The position numbers and the translations under genes are program-made. A DNA stretch of 63,120 nt, filler included. It is 4 parts of 4 records of this genome, joined end to end, with 100 filler letters (N's around TTAATTAATTAA, not from the genome) between each part and the next. Parts side by side here need not be neighbours in the genome. Positions count along the whole stretch, not along the records: positions 31,504 to 63,120 come from SRR22947727_1057; 3 more parts are not named here. The stretch is one strand, 5' to 3'. The notes below the pieces were generated by a model that had not been told where the DNA came from, made no database searches, and was given only the letters and a program-made list of their open reading frames with translations. This document shows, piece by piece, positions 31,504-40,719 of this stretch. The stretch's first letter is position 1, and every line of letters starts with the position of its first letter.

Positions 31504-32640
31504 AAAGGTGTTTGGGAAGGCGACTGGAAAGATTCCAATTGTCCTAAAGCCAAAAAAAAACGTGAACAAGTGTTGGCGTTTATGGATGGCAACATGGATT
31601 ATGGTATGATATTAGATATACCTGCTTGGGTATCTCGTTCTCCTGCGGGTGCGGCGGCAAGTAAAATCAGTTCATATCAAGAAGCAGTTGATGGTACAAA
31701 AATTAACAATGATTACTTTATGAAAAATCGTAACGGTAATTGTAAATTTTTAAATGTACTGCAAGGTGAAAACTTTCAACAAGCAGATGATTGGTACACA
31801 CAAATGAAACACTACTGTGATCCTAAACAATTTCCTAGCACACACTTTAATGGTTGGGCAATGGGTGGACAGAACATGTGCGATATACACTTGGCATTGA
31901 AACGTTTGGTGGCATTGAGATTTGATGGATTGTTGGAAAAAGGTGTGCATGATGTTATGCACTTTTTAGGAACAAGTAAATTAGAATGGGCAGTGTTGTT
32001 GACAGATGTTCAAAGAGCAATTAGAAAATATCATAATGAAAACTTTATGATCACATTTGATTGTGCTTCACCTTTCTTAGCCAGTGCTAATGGTCAAATT
32101 TACACTGACATAGAAATTGAAGACAAAAAGAAATGGACATACAGAATGCAACCAAGTGTTGATAATAAAGATTTTTCAACAGAAACAAAATTATTTAGAG
32201 ATGCTGTGTTAGAAAAAGGTATATTTGAAAGATTTATGGACAGTCCTATCAGTAAAAGATTGATGCTGAAAGATATTACCTGTTATAAACCGGGTGATTT
32301 AAACAAGATGGGCAATGAAGGTAGAACATCTTGGGACTCATTCAGTTACACACTACAAATGGCACACAATGTGTGGACACATATTTCAGCAGTGCAAGAA
32401 GCAAATCGTCAATATGATTTAGGTTTAAATCCTAAAATGTTGGTTGAAGAGAAGTTTGATAGAGTTGCTTTTAAAGATATTGTGGATGCCATATTTGCCA
32501 CCAGCAGTAGAGATGAGGCAAACATGGTAATCGAAGAGTTTTCAAGATTCTGGATGTCAATCATTGGCACTAGAGGAGCAACAGGTAAAAAGACAGTGAA
32601 TGCAAGTACACAATTTTCTAACCTATTTGAGGAGGCTTAA
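31504..32640 (+). CDS. Guanine transglycosylase fold protein (TGT/DpdA-like), 5'-truncated
   Basis: Frame open from contig start (KGVWEGDWK...); MILDIP, NVLQG, GWAMGG, HFLG, TFDCASP; no CxCxxC Zn site of tRNA TGTs. Confidence 0.78.
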   Translation, partial: KGVWEGDWKDSNCPKAKKKREQVLAFMDGNMDYGMILDIPAWVSRSPAGAAASKISSYQEAVDGTKINNDYFMKNRNGNCKFLNVLQGENFQQADDWYTQMKHYCDPKQFPSTHFNGWAMGGQNMCDIHLALKRLVALRFDGLLEKGVHDVMHFLGTSKLEWAVLLTDVQRAIRKYHNENFMITFDCASPFLASANGQIYTDIEIEDKKKWTYRMQPSVDNKDFSTETKLFRDAVLEKGIFERFMDSPISKRLMLKDITCYKPGDLNKMGNEGRTSWDSFSYTLQMAHNVWTHISAVQEANRQYDLGLNPKMLVEEKFDRVAFKDIVDAIFATSSRDEANMVIEEFSRFWMSIIGTRGATGKKTVNASTQFSNLFEEA

Positions 32641-32641
32641 A

Positions 32642-32833
32642 ATGGCAATAAGAAAAAGTAGAAAAGTAAAGTCAGTTGAGAAGGAATACAACTGGTACAA
32701 GAGTAAAGTTAATGAAATGGAGTCTGAACGTTCTTATGATAGATCATGGGGCAGTAAAGAACTTCTTTTAAAATTTAAAAAGATGAAACTGTTTTTAAAA
32801 ACACAATTAAAGAAAATGCAGGATACATTATAA
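32642..32833 (+). CDS. Small basic hypothetical protein
   Basis: GGAGG RBS before ATG 32642; fills the operon gap. Confidence 0.7.
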   Translation: MAIRKSRKVKSVEKEYNWYKSKVNEMESERSYDRSWGSKELLLKFKKMKLFLKTQLKKMQDTL

Positions 32834-32835
32834 CA

Positions 32836-33747
32836 ATGAAAAGTTTGGTTGTTGGACTAGGATTTGGACAGTTGTACGTTAACATTCTAAAAAGAATGGG
32901 ACATGAAGTGATTACTGTGGATATAAATCCCAATGCTGATGCAGACTTCACAGAACTTACAACAGCCATAACAGCTCATGCACCATTTGACACTGCTCAT
33001 ATTTGTGTGCCTAATCATTTACACTACAAGACAGCATTAAAATTAGCAGAACACACAAAGATTGTGTTTGTGGAGAAGCCAGGTGTGGAAACAATTAATC
33101 ACTGGAGATTGCTTACAAACCTAAATAAGTCAACAAGATTTATGATGACAAAGAATAATCAGTGGAGAAACAATATCAAACAGATAGCAGAAAATTGTGA
33201 AGCAAGTGATATGATACAGATCAACTGGGTAAACAAAAATAGAATTCCTGGACCAGGAACATGGTTTACAGATAAGAGCAAAGCATTTGGCGGTGTGAGT
33301 AGAGATTTATTACCTCACTTAATGAGTATAATGATGTCAGTGAACAAGAACAGTTATCAAGATTTTAAAGTTAGACAGTATCACACAGAGCAACGATGGA
33401 ACTTGTCGGATTGTACAGGCACAGATTATGGTGTTGTCAATGAAGATGGAGTGTATGATGTGGATGATTCAGCCACTATGGAATTGACAGATGGTAACAA
33501 AACCTATATACTGTATGCTAATTGGAAAACTAACTTACACGATGACATGGCAATACATTTTTACAAAGATGGAGAATCACATTTAGCATCAATACCTTTA
33601 GGATTATGTCCAGAAGAAGCATATAAAGAAATGATCAAAGACAGTTTAATACATCTAGAAGATGATATGTTTTGGAACAATCAGTTGGAACAAGATTTAT
33701 ACATACAGGAAAAAATTAATGACAAAAGTACAGATATTATACACTGA
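32836..33747 (+). CDS. Gfo/Idh/MocA-family oxidoreductase
   Basis: VVGLGFG, ICVPNHLH, VFVEKP, GGVSRDLLPH. Confidence 0.88.
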   Translation: MKSLVVGLGFGQLYVNILKRMGHEVITVDINPNADADFTELTTAITAHAPFDTAHICVPNHLHYKTALKLAEHTKIVFVEKPGVETINHWRLLTNLNKSTRFMMTKNNQWRNNIKQIAENCEASDMIQINWVNKNRIPGPGTWFTDKSKAFGGVSRDLLPHLMSIMMSVNKNSYQDFKVRQYHTEQRWNLSDCTGTDYGVVNEDGVYDVDDSATMELTDGNKTYILYANWKTNLHDDMAIHFYKDGESHLASIPLGLCPEEAYKEMIKDSLIHLEDDMFWNNQLEQDLYIQEKINDKSTDIIH

Positions 33748-34621
33748 AGGTAAAGGTGAATTCAAAGAAGGAGATTTTGAAGTACCTGATATTACCTCTG
33801 ATCAAATAAGAGTAAAAAGTGTTTTTACTGGTGTATGTAGAAGTGATATTGATATGATGAATGGAGACTTTGGTCCACTTCCTTTGAACATGCAAGGTCA
33901 TGAAGGTTTAGGTGAAGTATTAGAAATAGGTAGCGAAGTAAAAGATATCGATGTGGGAGATTATGTTGCAACAAGAGGTGAGCCTGCATATGCTGATCAA
34001 TACAATGCTGATAAAGGAACTTATGTAAGTGTTCCTGAAGCAGACCCTAAATACATCATAGAACCAGTTGCTTGTGGGTTGAATGTGGTCATGCAAGAAG
34101 AATACCAGTTTGAAAAACGTAACAGCAAAGATGCAAGAATTGCCATTATAGGCAGTGGATTTCTTAGTTGGGTTGTGTATCAATATCTAAGTGCTAATTA
34201 TTTCTTTCAAATAGATGTAATAGGCAGTCACAACAAAGAACGTTGGGGTGACAATTTAAAAGATACATTTGAAGGAATGTATGATATTGTGATAGATTTA
34301 AACACTAGAGATGAAGTCTTTGTAAGAGATATCATAAAACCGCAAGGGTTGATTGTGCTAGGTGCAGAGAAAACAGATAAAATTACAACGTCATTTAGCA
34401 AACTGTTATGGAATGCTGTCACTGTTGTGTTTCCGTCTCCTAGACAAAAAGATTTTCAAAGATGTATGAAGACAGCAGTTAACATGATTGAAAAAGGTGC
34501 TTTGAACATAGATAAATTTTGGAGCAAAGGATATAATAGAAAAACAGAATGGCATGATGCTTTTAAAGAAGGCAATCAAAGAATGCCAGGTTACAGCAGA
34601 GGATACATAGAATGGCTTTAG
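33719..34621 (+). CDS. MDR (zinc alcohol/sugar dehydrogenase-like) oxidoreductase
   Basis: GVCRSD, GHEGLG, EPVAC, IIGSG; no structural-Zn lobe; start at ATG 33719. Confidence 0.85.
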   Translation: MTKVQILYTEGKGEFKEGDFEVPDITSDQIRVKSVFTGVCRSDIDMMNGDFGPLPLNMQGHEGLGEVLEIGSEVKDIDVGDYVATRGEPAYADQYNADKGTYVSVPEADPKYIIEPVACGLNVVMQEEYQFEKRNSKDARIAIIGSGFLSWVVYQYLSANYFFQIDVIGSHNKERWGDNLKDTFEGMYDIVIDLNTRDEVFVRDIIKPQGLIVLGAEKTDKITTSFSKLLWNAVTVVFPSPRQKDFQRCMKTAVNMIEKGALNIDKFWSKGYNRKTEWHDAFKEGNQRMPGYSRGYIEWL

Positions 34622-35139
34622 ACACAGCAAAAAGAAAACAGGTAATATACTTTACAGGTACCGAGATAGAAAACACAATAGCAAAAGGTTGGCAAACACT
34701 TTTTGTGGTTGGTGTTAGATCCGCTGAAGAAATTGAAAAATTGGCTGTTGGTCACAAAGCAAAACACATATATTTCGGAACTAGTCAAAGTTTTGTTATA
34801 AACAAGAATGAAGAATTAAAACCTTGGGTGGATATGATAAAATCCTTGTTGGAAAAAGATTTTTGGATCACACTGGACTTTGGTATAGAATATATGGAAA
34901 CTGTTACAAGTACAGGTTTAATGAGTTATAAAAAATTTATTCCAATGATAAGTGCTAAAATTCCAAACATTTACAAAGTGAATGGTAATGCTACACTTAA
35001 AATAGATGATGTTACTTGGGGACATTCAAACACAGGTGTTTGGAGCAGAAACCTAAAAGAAATTACCAAAGATATGCACTACACAGATTGGAAAGAATAT
35101 GTGGGAGACACAGTAATTGACGTTGACACAGACGAATAA
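34612..35139 (+). CDS. Hypothetical protein within base-modification operon
   Basis: 175-aa ORF overlapping the MDR stop; no recognised motif. Confidence 0.7.
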   Translation: MALDTAKRKQVIYFTGTEIENTIAKGWQTLFVVGVRSAEEIEKLAVGHKAKHIYFGTSQSFVINKNEELKPWVDMIKSLLEKDFWITLDFGIEYMETVTSTGLMSYKKFIPMISAKIPNIYKVNGNATLKIDDVTWGHSNTGVWSRNLKEITKDMHYTDWKEYVGDTVIDVDTDE

Positions 35140-35151
35140 AATTGCTATAAT
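35123..35151 (+). promoter_or_regulatory. Consensus sigma70 promoter, probably giving a leaderless mRNA
   Basis: TTGACA-N17-TATAAT with extended TG; ATG 5 nt downstream. Confidence 0.85.
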
Positions 35152-35156
35152 TAGTT

Positions 35157-35540
35157 ATGAATAAAAAAACATTTATATGGGTAACATTTAAAAAAGAAGG
35201 CATTCACAAATATCCTGCGGCATTGGATGATCCAAAGTTAGCAACAGGTGACGAGTATGATGTATCATTTTTAGGATATCCTCACAGACATATATTTCAT
35301 TTTAAAGTGGAGATTGAAGTATTTCACGATGATCGAGACATTGAATTTATTCAATTCAAAAGATGGTTAGAAAAACTGTATGCAGAAAAAACTTTACAGT
35401 TGGATTATAAATCTTGCGAAATGATAAGTGATGATCTATATGAAACAATTACTAAAAAATACCCAGGTAGAGAGATTATCATCAACGTTAGCGAAGATGG
35501 TGAAAATGGTAGTGAGAGCATCTACCATGTTGAGGATTAA
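35157..35540 (+). CDS. QueD-like T-fold protein, DpdL-like
   Basis: EGIH...FLGYPHRHIFHF...KSCEM...VSEDGENG; LxxxHRHxF His motif. Confidence 0.72.
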   Translation: MNKKTFIWVTFKKEGIHKYPAALDDPKLATGDEYDVSFLGYPHRHIFHFKVEIEVFHDDRDIEFIQFKRWLEKLYAEKTLQLDYKSCEMISDDLYETITKKYPGREIIINVSEDGENGSESIYHVED

Positions 35541-35543
35541 TCC

Positions 35544-35708
35544 TTGATTTACTTGTCCGGTATTATTGCTTTTGCCTGTTTAATAGGATTTAGTATTACT
35601 ATGCCTCATCCACTAACAGGCGGCAATGAAATGCTAAATGACATTTACTTTTATTCGTTCGGAGCATTTGCCGGACTAACAATTATTTTAAACATGGACA
35701 ATAAATGA
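35544..35708 (+). CDS. 54-aa two-TM membrane protein (absent from ORF track)
   Basis: GAGGA RBS, TTG start, MIYLSGIIAFACLIGFSITMPHPLTGGNEMLNDIYFYSFGAFAGLTIILNMDNK; ATGA overlap with next gene. Confidence 0.7.
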   Translation: MIYLSGIIAFACLIGFSITMPHPLTGGNEMLNDIYFYSFGAFAGLTIILNMDNK

Positions 35709-36757
35709 CAATTTATATAGTAGACTTAGAAGCAGTTGACACAAGGTACACAAAGGAATGGAAGTCTAATCTTCCTAAGCAACTTAAACGTGCTACCAAC
35801 TTAGATGTTGTGTCTATCAGTGGTGGCGATACTCCACAAGCAACTACACCTGGAGCATTTTTAAACTTTGGTGGCACTAATGTTTACAAAGCCAATCAAA
35901 TGCAACAGATAGGTAAATTGTTCTGCGATGGCAAAATAAAAGATGGTGATTACTTTTTGTATACAGATGCATGGAATCCCACAGTGTTACAATTAAAGTA
36001 CATGGCAGAACTGTTAAAAGTAAAAATTAAGATAGGCGGTATGTGGCACGCCGGTTCATATGATCCGCAAGACTTCTTAGGGAGACTGATTGGAGATAAA
36101 CCTTGGGTAAGAAACACAGAACAGGCAATGTTTGATACATTTGATCACAATTTCTTTGCTACACAATTTCATATTGATTTATTTTCTAAAACATTTACAC
36201 AAGCCAAAGATAATGATAAAGTTGTAAAAGTAGGTTGGCCCATGGAGTATATGGAACACACTTTGGATATGTATCAGAACATGGAGAAGAAAGATATTAT
36301 TCTTTTCCCACATAGAATGGCTCCTGAAAAACAACCTGCTATATTTCAAGATTTAAAAAATGCTTTACCACAATATGAATTTGTGGTTTGTCAGGAAAAA
36401 ACTTTATCTAAAAACGAATATCATAACTTGTTAGGAGAAGCAAAATTAATGTTCAGTGCTAATCTACAAGAAACATTAGGTATCAGTTGGTATGAAGGTG
36501 CTATACTTGGAGTTATTCCAATGATGCCTGACAGATTAAGTTACAAAGAGATGGCACTAAATGAATTCTTATACCCAAGTGAATGGACAGAGAATATGGA
36601 AAGTTACAGAAAACACAAAAAACAGTTGATGGCTAAGATAGATGATTACATGGAAAACTATTCAAAGTATGCTCCTGCTGTTATAAAACAAAAAACAAAA
36701 CTGAAAGAACAATATTTTTCAGGCAATAAACTATATGGAGTTTTATCAAATGGCTAA
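35705..36757 (+). CDS. GT-B (GT4-like) glycosyltransferase
   Basis: LFPHRMAPEKQP and QETLGISWYEG (Ex7E motif), LSYKEM. Confidence 0.8.
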   Translation: MTIYIVDLEAVDTRYTKEWKSNLPKQLKRATNLDVVSISGGDTPQATTPGAFLNFGGTNVYKANQMQQIGKLFCDGKIKDGDYFLYTDAWNPTVLQLKYMAELLKVKIKIGGMWHAGSYDPQDFLGRLIGDKPWVRNTEQAMFDTFDHNFFATQFHIDLFSKTFTQAKDNDKVVKVGWPMEYMEHTLDMYQNMEKKDIILFPHRMAPEKQPAIFQDLKNALPQYEFVVCQEKTLSKNEYHNLLGEAKLMFSANLQETLGISWYEGAILGVIPMMPDRLSYKEMALNEFLYPSEWTENMESYRKHKKQLMAKIDDYMENYSKYAPAVIKQKTKLKEQYFSGNKLYGVLSNG

Positions 36758-37310
36758 AAAAGGACGACCACTAGAACAACAAAATAATCTAGCATCTAAC
36801 GGTATTTACGTTTTGATGGAAGACATCACAATGGAATCTTGTAGAAGTTGCATTCAATGGATTATGAATCACAATCTAGCAGACACAAGATTACCACAAC
36901 TAACTTTGATAATTAATTCACCTGGTGGAGATGTACACGCCGCATTTGCATTGATTGATACAATGAAAGCGAGTACTATACCAATTAAAACTGTGGGATT
37001 AGGATTAATTGCGTCATGTGGATTTTTATTATTCATAGCAGGTAAAAAAGGTTCAAGAATATTAACACCTAATACTGCAATACTATCACACCAATACAGT
37101 TGGGGCAGTGCAGGTAAAGAACACGAACTGTATGCAAGAGTTAAAGAATTCGAACTGAGTACAAAACGAATGATTGAACACTACAAAAAATGTATAGGCA
37201 TGAATGAAAAACAGATTAGAGAAATTTTACTGCCACCACAGGATGTGTGGTTAGATGCCAAGGAAGCAAAAAGACTTAAGATTTGTGATAAAGTAGAAGA
37301 GTTATATTAA
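36750..37310 (+). CDS. ClpP-like serine protease
   Basis: INSPGGDV, IASCG, LSHQ, DVWLDAKEA. Confidence 0.88.
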   Translation: MAKKGRPLEQQNNLASNGIYVLMEDITMESCRSCIQWIMNHNLADTRLPQLTLIINSPGGDVHAAFALIDTMKASTIPIKTVGLGLIASCGFLLFIAGKKGSRILTPNTAILSHQYSWGSAGKEHELYARVKEFELSTKRMIEHYKKCIGMNEKQIREILLPPQDVWLDAKEAKRLKICDKVEELY

Positions 37311-37335
37311 TATATCTTAAAGGAGTTAAATTTAT

Positions 37336-37683
37336 ATGACAATTAGTAAAAAACAAGAAGAAGAAATATGGAGTGTTGATTCTGAATCACTCACTAGTAG
37401 TTCAGCAGGACCGGTTGTGAGTTATTCAACAGATTCCTCATCATTCACACTCACAGAACCAATTGACTTTGGTCCAGATGCAGGGAAAGGTTTTGAAAAT
37501 ATGAAGTTTGACGATTTCTTACCTGGTAAACCTTTTGAAGACACAGTACCAACTTTAGAAACTATAGATAAAGTGTGTGACGATTATCCTTCATTACAAA
37601 TAGCATATGAAAAATTCAAGAACGTTTGGAGAATCTGTTATACAGATTATTGTTCTAAAAACCCAGATGAAGAGAACTACTAA
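37336..37683 (+). CDS. Hypothetical acidic protein
   Basis: AAGGAG RBS; TAATG coupling to next gene. Confidence 0.7.
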   Translation: MTISKKQEEEIWSVDSESLTSSSAGPVVSYSTDSSSFTLTEPIDFGPDAGKGFENMKFDDFLPGKPFEDTVPTLETIDKVCDDYPSLQIAYEKFKNVWRICYTDYCSKNPDEENY

Positions 37684-38132
37684 TGGACAATAAAGTTTAT
37701 TTTACAATGATACAGATTCGAAACGGCATGGATAAAATCTGTGAGCAAATGGGTAAAGATGGATTTGAACCTGACCTTGTTATGGGTATCAACAGAGGTG
37801 GATGTATTCCTGGTGTGTATATGAGTCATCGAATGCATATTCCACACGAAGTATTAGACGTTAGATTGAGAGATCATAAAGCAAAACCAGATTTATCTAA
37901 TCTAGAAAAAGCCTATGCATTTCAAAAAAAAATATTAATTATCGATGACATTAATGATTCCGGTAGCACATTCAAATTCATTCGTGAAAATTTTGGTGGA
38001 GAAGACAGAGTAAAAACAGCCGCAATCATACACAATAAGCCAAGCAAGTTTGACACATTGGATTATTGGTGCTATAATATAAACAAAGAAGAAAATCCAC
38101 AATGGATTGTATTTCCTTGGGAGCAATGGTAA
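37683..38132 (+). CDS. Purine phosphoribosyltransferase (Gpt-like)
   Basis: GINRGG, ILIIDDINDSGSTF PRPP loop, WIVFPWE. Confidence 0.9.
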   Translation: MDNKVYFTMIQIRNGMDKICEQMGKDGFEPDLVMGINRGGCIPGVYMSHRMHIPHEVLDVRLRDHKAKPDLSNLEKAYAFQKKILIIDDINDSGSTFKFIRENFGGEDRVKTAAIIHNKPSKFDTLDYWCYNINKEENPQWIVFPWEQW

Positions 38133-38515
38133 TGATAGAAGTAGACACATTAGAAAAAGCAAAGAAAGACGGAAGAGCACCTTGGACAGATGTGGTGTAT
38201 GATTTTAAAGACATGATGTGGTACAATGACGGATATCCAGTTACAGAAGGACATTCTTTAATAGTGCCTAAAGAAGCAACACAAGAAAGACTTATTAGAT
38301 GTGTTGAACTTGCAATTAAAATAGGCAATGACAATGTTGCCAAAGGTGTTGTTGACGGATACAATGTTGGGATCAATGTTGGTGAAGCGGCAGGACAAAC
38401 TGTGATGTATCCACACGTTCATCTTATTCCTAGGAAAAAAGGTGATTGTGAAAATCCCAAAGGTGGTGTAAGGAATGTTATACCAGGCAAAGGGGATTAC
38501 ACAAAAAATGAATAA
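38132..38515 (+). CDS. HIT-family nucleotide hydrolase
   Basis: YPVTEGHSLIVPK, GEAAGQTVMYPHVHLIPR. Confidence 0.9.
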   Translation: MIEVDTLEKAKKDGRAPWTDVVYDFKDMMWYNDGYPVTEGHSLIVPKEATQERLIRCVELAIKIGNDNVAKGVVDGYNVGINVGEAAGQTVMYPHVHLIPRKKGDCENPKGGVRNVIPGKGDYTKNE

Positions 38516-39074
38516 TGAACCATTTATCAAAGTTTATGATGATCTAATACCTGCTTATTTGCAAGATCATCTTGAGTTAATTACATTAGGTGTTAAAAGC
38601 AAAGGTGAAGAGTTCATTGACCCCAGTGTTGATTTTAAATGCAAATATGAAATAACTGCTAAAGAAACAAATCAACCGCCATTAAGTTTTGTACATTTGC
38701 TTAAATCACATACATCAATCAGTAAACACCTTGACAATTTTGGAATGGTGGCTCAGGCTTTGTGCAATGTAAATGATTTAATATTGCAAAATATTATGTT
38801 GGCAAGAGTGTTTATCACAGTACCACATGCAACAGAACTAACACACTATGCACCTCACATTGATATAGAAGTAGATCATATGGCAGTGATTTATTTTGTT
38901 AATGATGCAGATGGAGATACAGTATTTTTTGACAATGATGGAAAAATTATAAAATCAGTTGAGCCAAAAAAAGGTAGAGCAATTATCTTTGATGGTAAAA
39001 TAATGCATGGAGGTGGGATTCCTAAAAATGGCCCACGATGTATTGCAAACTTTGATATAAAGGTAAAACAATGA
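38508..39074 (+). CDS. 2OG-Fe(II) oxygenase
   Basis: PHID, IYFVNDADGDTVFF, PKKGRAIIFDG..MH, RCIANF. Confidence 0.85.
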   Translation: MNNEPFIKVYDDLIPAYLQDHLELITLGVKSKGEEFIDPSVDFKCKYEITAKETNQPPLSFVHLLKSHTSISKHLDNFGMVAQALCNVNDLILQNIMLARVFITVPHATELTHYAPHIDIEVDHMAVIYFVNDADGDTVFFDNDGKIIKSVEPKKGRAIIFDGKIMHGGGIPKNGPRCIANFDIKVKQ

Positions 39075-39889
39075 GCAGATCACTTTTTATAGGCGATAGC
39101 CACACAGTAGGATATAAAACCATTGAAGGACAAGTTGGTCCAGGTAGTTTTACATTTTGGAACGATAATAATTATGCAGTAAAATATTCTGAAATTCACA
39201 ATAAAGATATTATAATTTATGCTCAACCAGGTGCAACTAACAACTTGTACACAATTTGGTTGGCTAATATGTTTTCTAAATATAACGATATCGACGAAGT
39301 GTTTATTTGTTTGGCTCCGTTGAATAGAATAGAATTAAGTTTTGATCCAGACTTACAACATGAAGCAGGTCCATTAGATCAATTCACATACGAACATCCA
39401 GAATCAACTGAAAATGTTAGAAAATTTTCTGATCAACCTGTTGCAGGAAACACTGTGCAGATATTACAGAAGCCTGTGGGGGATGATTATAAAAAAATAC
39501 CAAGTATTGGCTTTTCAGCAGAACATGGGTTGACATCACCTGATCTAAGAAAAGATCCTTATATGTCTGTAAAATTGTTTTACGAGTGCAACACTATAAT
39601 AGAAAAAAGAGAATTTTTAAAAAATATGTATATGTGGGATAAGATGTGTACAGCAAATAACACAAAGTTGTATGTGTTTAATTTTAGAAGCAGAGGTGTG
39701 TGGCCCAGTGAGTCAGATTATTTTGGTAAAATTGATACCCTGAAAAGAGCTGAACAGAGTGTGGAACAACATCTAAATACATTAGGACACAAAGCAGAAG
39801 ATTATTTTATTGAAGACAAAGAACATTTTAACAATCAATATCATACAATAATAGCAACAGAATATTTGAAATGGCTAAAAGAATATTAA
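39071..39889 (+). CDS. SGNH/GDSL-like protein
   Basis: FIGDSH, QPGATN, C-terminal DKEH. Confidence 0.6.
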   Translation: MSRSLFIGDSHTVGYKTIEGQVGPGSFTFWNDNNYAVKYSEIHNKDIIIYAQPGATNNLYTIWLANMFSKYNDIDEVFICLAPLNRIELSFDPDLQHEAGPLDQFTYEHPESTENVRKFSDQPVAGNTVQILQKPVGDDYKKIPSIGFSAEHGLTSPDLRKDPYMSVKLFYECNTIIEKREFLKNMYMWDKMCTANNTKLYVFNFRSRGVWPSESDYFGKIDTLKRAEQSVEQHLNTLGHKAEDYFIEDKEHFNNQYHTIIATEYLKWLKEY

Positions 39890-40479
39890 TAACAGGCGAC
39901 AGTTTTGGTTGTGAATGGCCCGGTGGTGAAGGTATCGGTTGGCCTTTGATATTATCCGAAACTCATGCTGTGAACAATTTGGCACAGGCTGGTGTGGGAG
40001 AATATAAAATACTGAAACAATTACATGATTTAAGTGCTCATGATTCGTATTGGGTTAACAATTATGATTGTGTTATTGTGTGTCATACAAGTCCTAGCAG
40101 AATACACACACCTAAACATCCTGTACACAAACAAGGGTTACATGAACATTGTGATTTGATATACTCTGATATACACGATAAATTTGATTGGTTCAATCCA
40201 GGGTTGAAAACTGCTAAAAATTGGTTTTATCATCATTACGATGATGAGTACCAAAAAGATCTATATCAAATTTTACGTGAAGAAATAAACAGATTCATAC
40301 CAATTCCATATTTGGCTGTGGACAATTTTAGTATCAGTAACCAATTTGCTTTTGAAAAGAACACATTAGATTTAACAGATATTTGGCATGAACATAGAGG
40401 TGAAATTAATCACTACACTGAAGAAGGAAACCAACTTGTTCTTAAACAAATCATTGACAAATTAGATAAAATTTGTTAA
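39871..40479 (+). CDS. SGNH/GDSL-like protein
   Basis: ITGDSF, NLAQAGVG, INHYTEEGN. Confidence 0.65.
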   Translation: MAKRILITGDSFGCEWPGGEGIGWPLILSETHAVNNLAQAGVGEYKILKQLHDLSAHDSYWVNNYDCVIVCHTSPSRIHTPKHPVHKQGLHEHCDLIYSDIHDKFDWFNPGLKTAKNWFYHHYDDEYQKDLYQILREEINRFIPIPYLAVDNFSISNQFAFEKNTLDLTDIWHEHRGEINHYTEEGNQLVLKQIIDKLDKIC

Positions 40480-40482
40480 TAT
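40454..40482 (+). promoter_or_regulatory. Putative sigma70 promoter for the folE-queE unit
   Basis: TTGACA-N17-TAATAT with extended TG. Confidence 0.55.
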
Positions 40483-40506
40483 AGTAATAACATAGGAGAA
40501 ATAAAA

Positions 40507-40719
40507 ATGGCAAGTAGACAACACATATATGATGCACTTGTGGCACACGCCAAAGGACATATAGAAAAACACAAAGCCAATGTTGAAATATACATGGAGA
40601 AGGCTGTGGGAATTGGTGAACACGGAGACATTCTTGAAACTATAGAAAAAGAATTAAAAGTGATTGCTGAATACCATGATCAATTAGAAGTATTAGAAAC
40701 ATACATCAAGAGGGATTAA
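40507..40719 (+). CDS. Small hypothetical phage protein
   Basis: AGGAG RBS; VGIGEHGDI; coupled to folE. Confidence 0.75.
   Translation: MASRQHIYDALVAHAKGHIEKHKANVEIYMEKAVGIGEHGDILETIEKELKVIAEYHDQLEVLETYIKRD

Noticed and set aside
31404-31600. Prophage integrated into fhs
   Set aside because: The junction is an artificial spacer; both genes are simply cut at contig ends; no att site or integrase.
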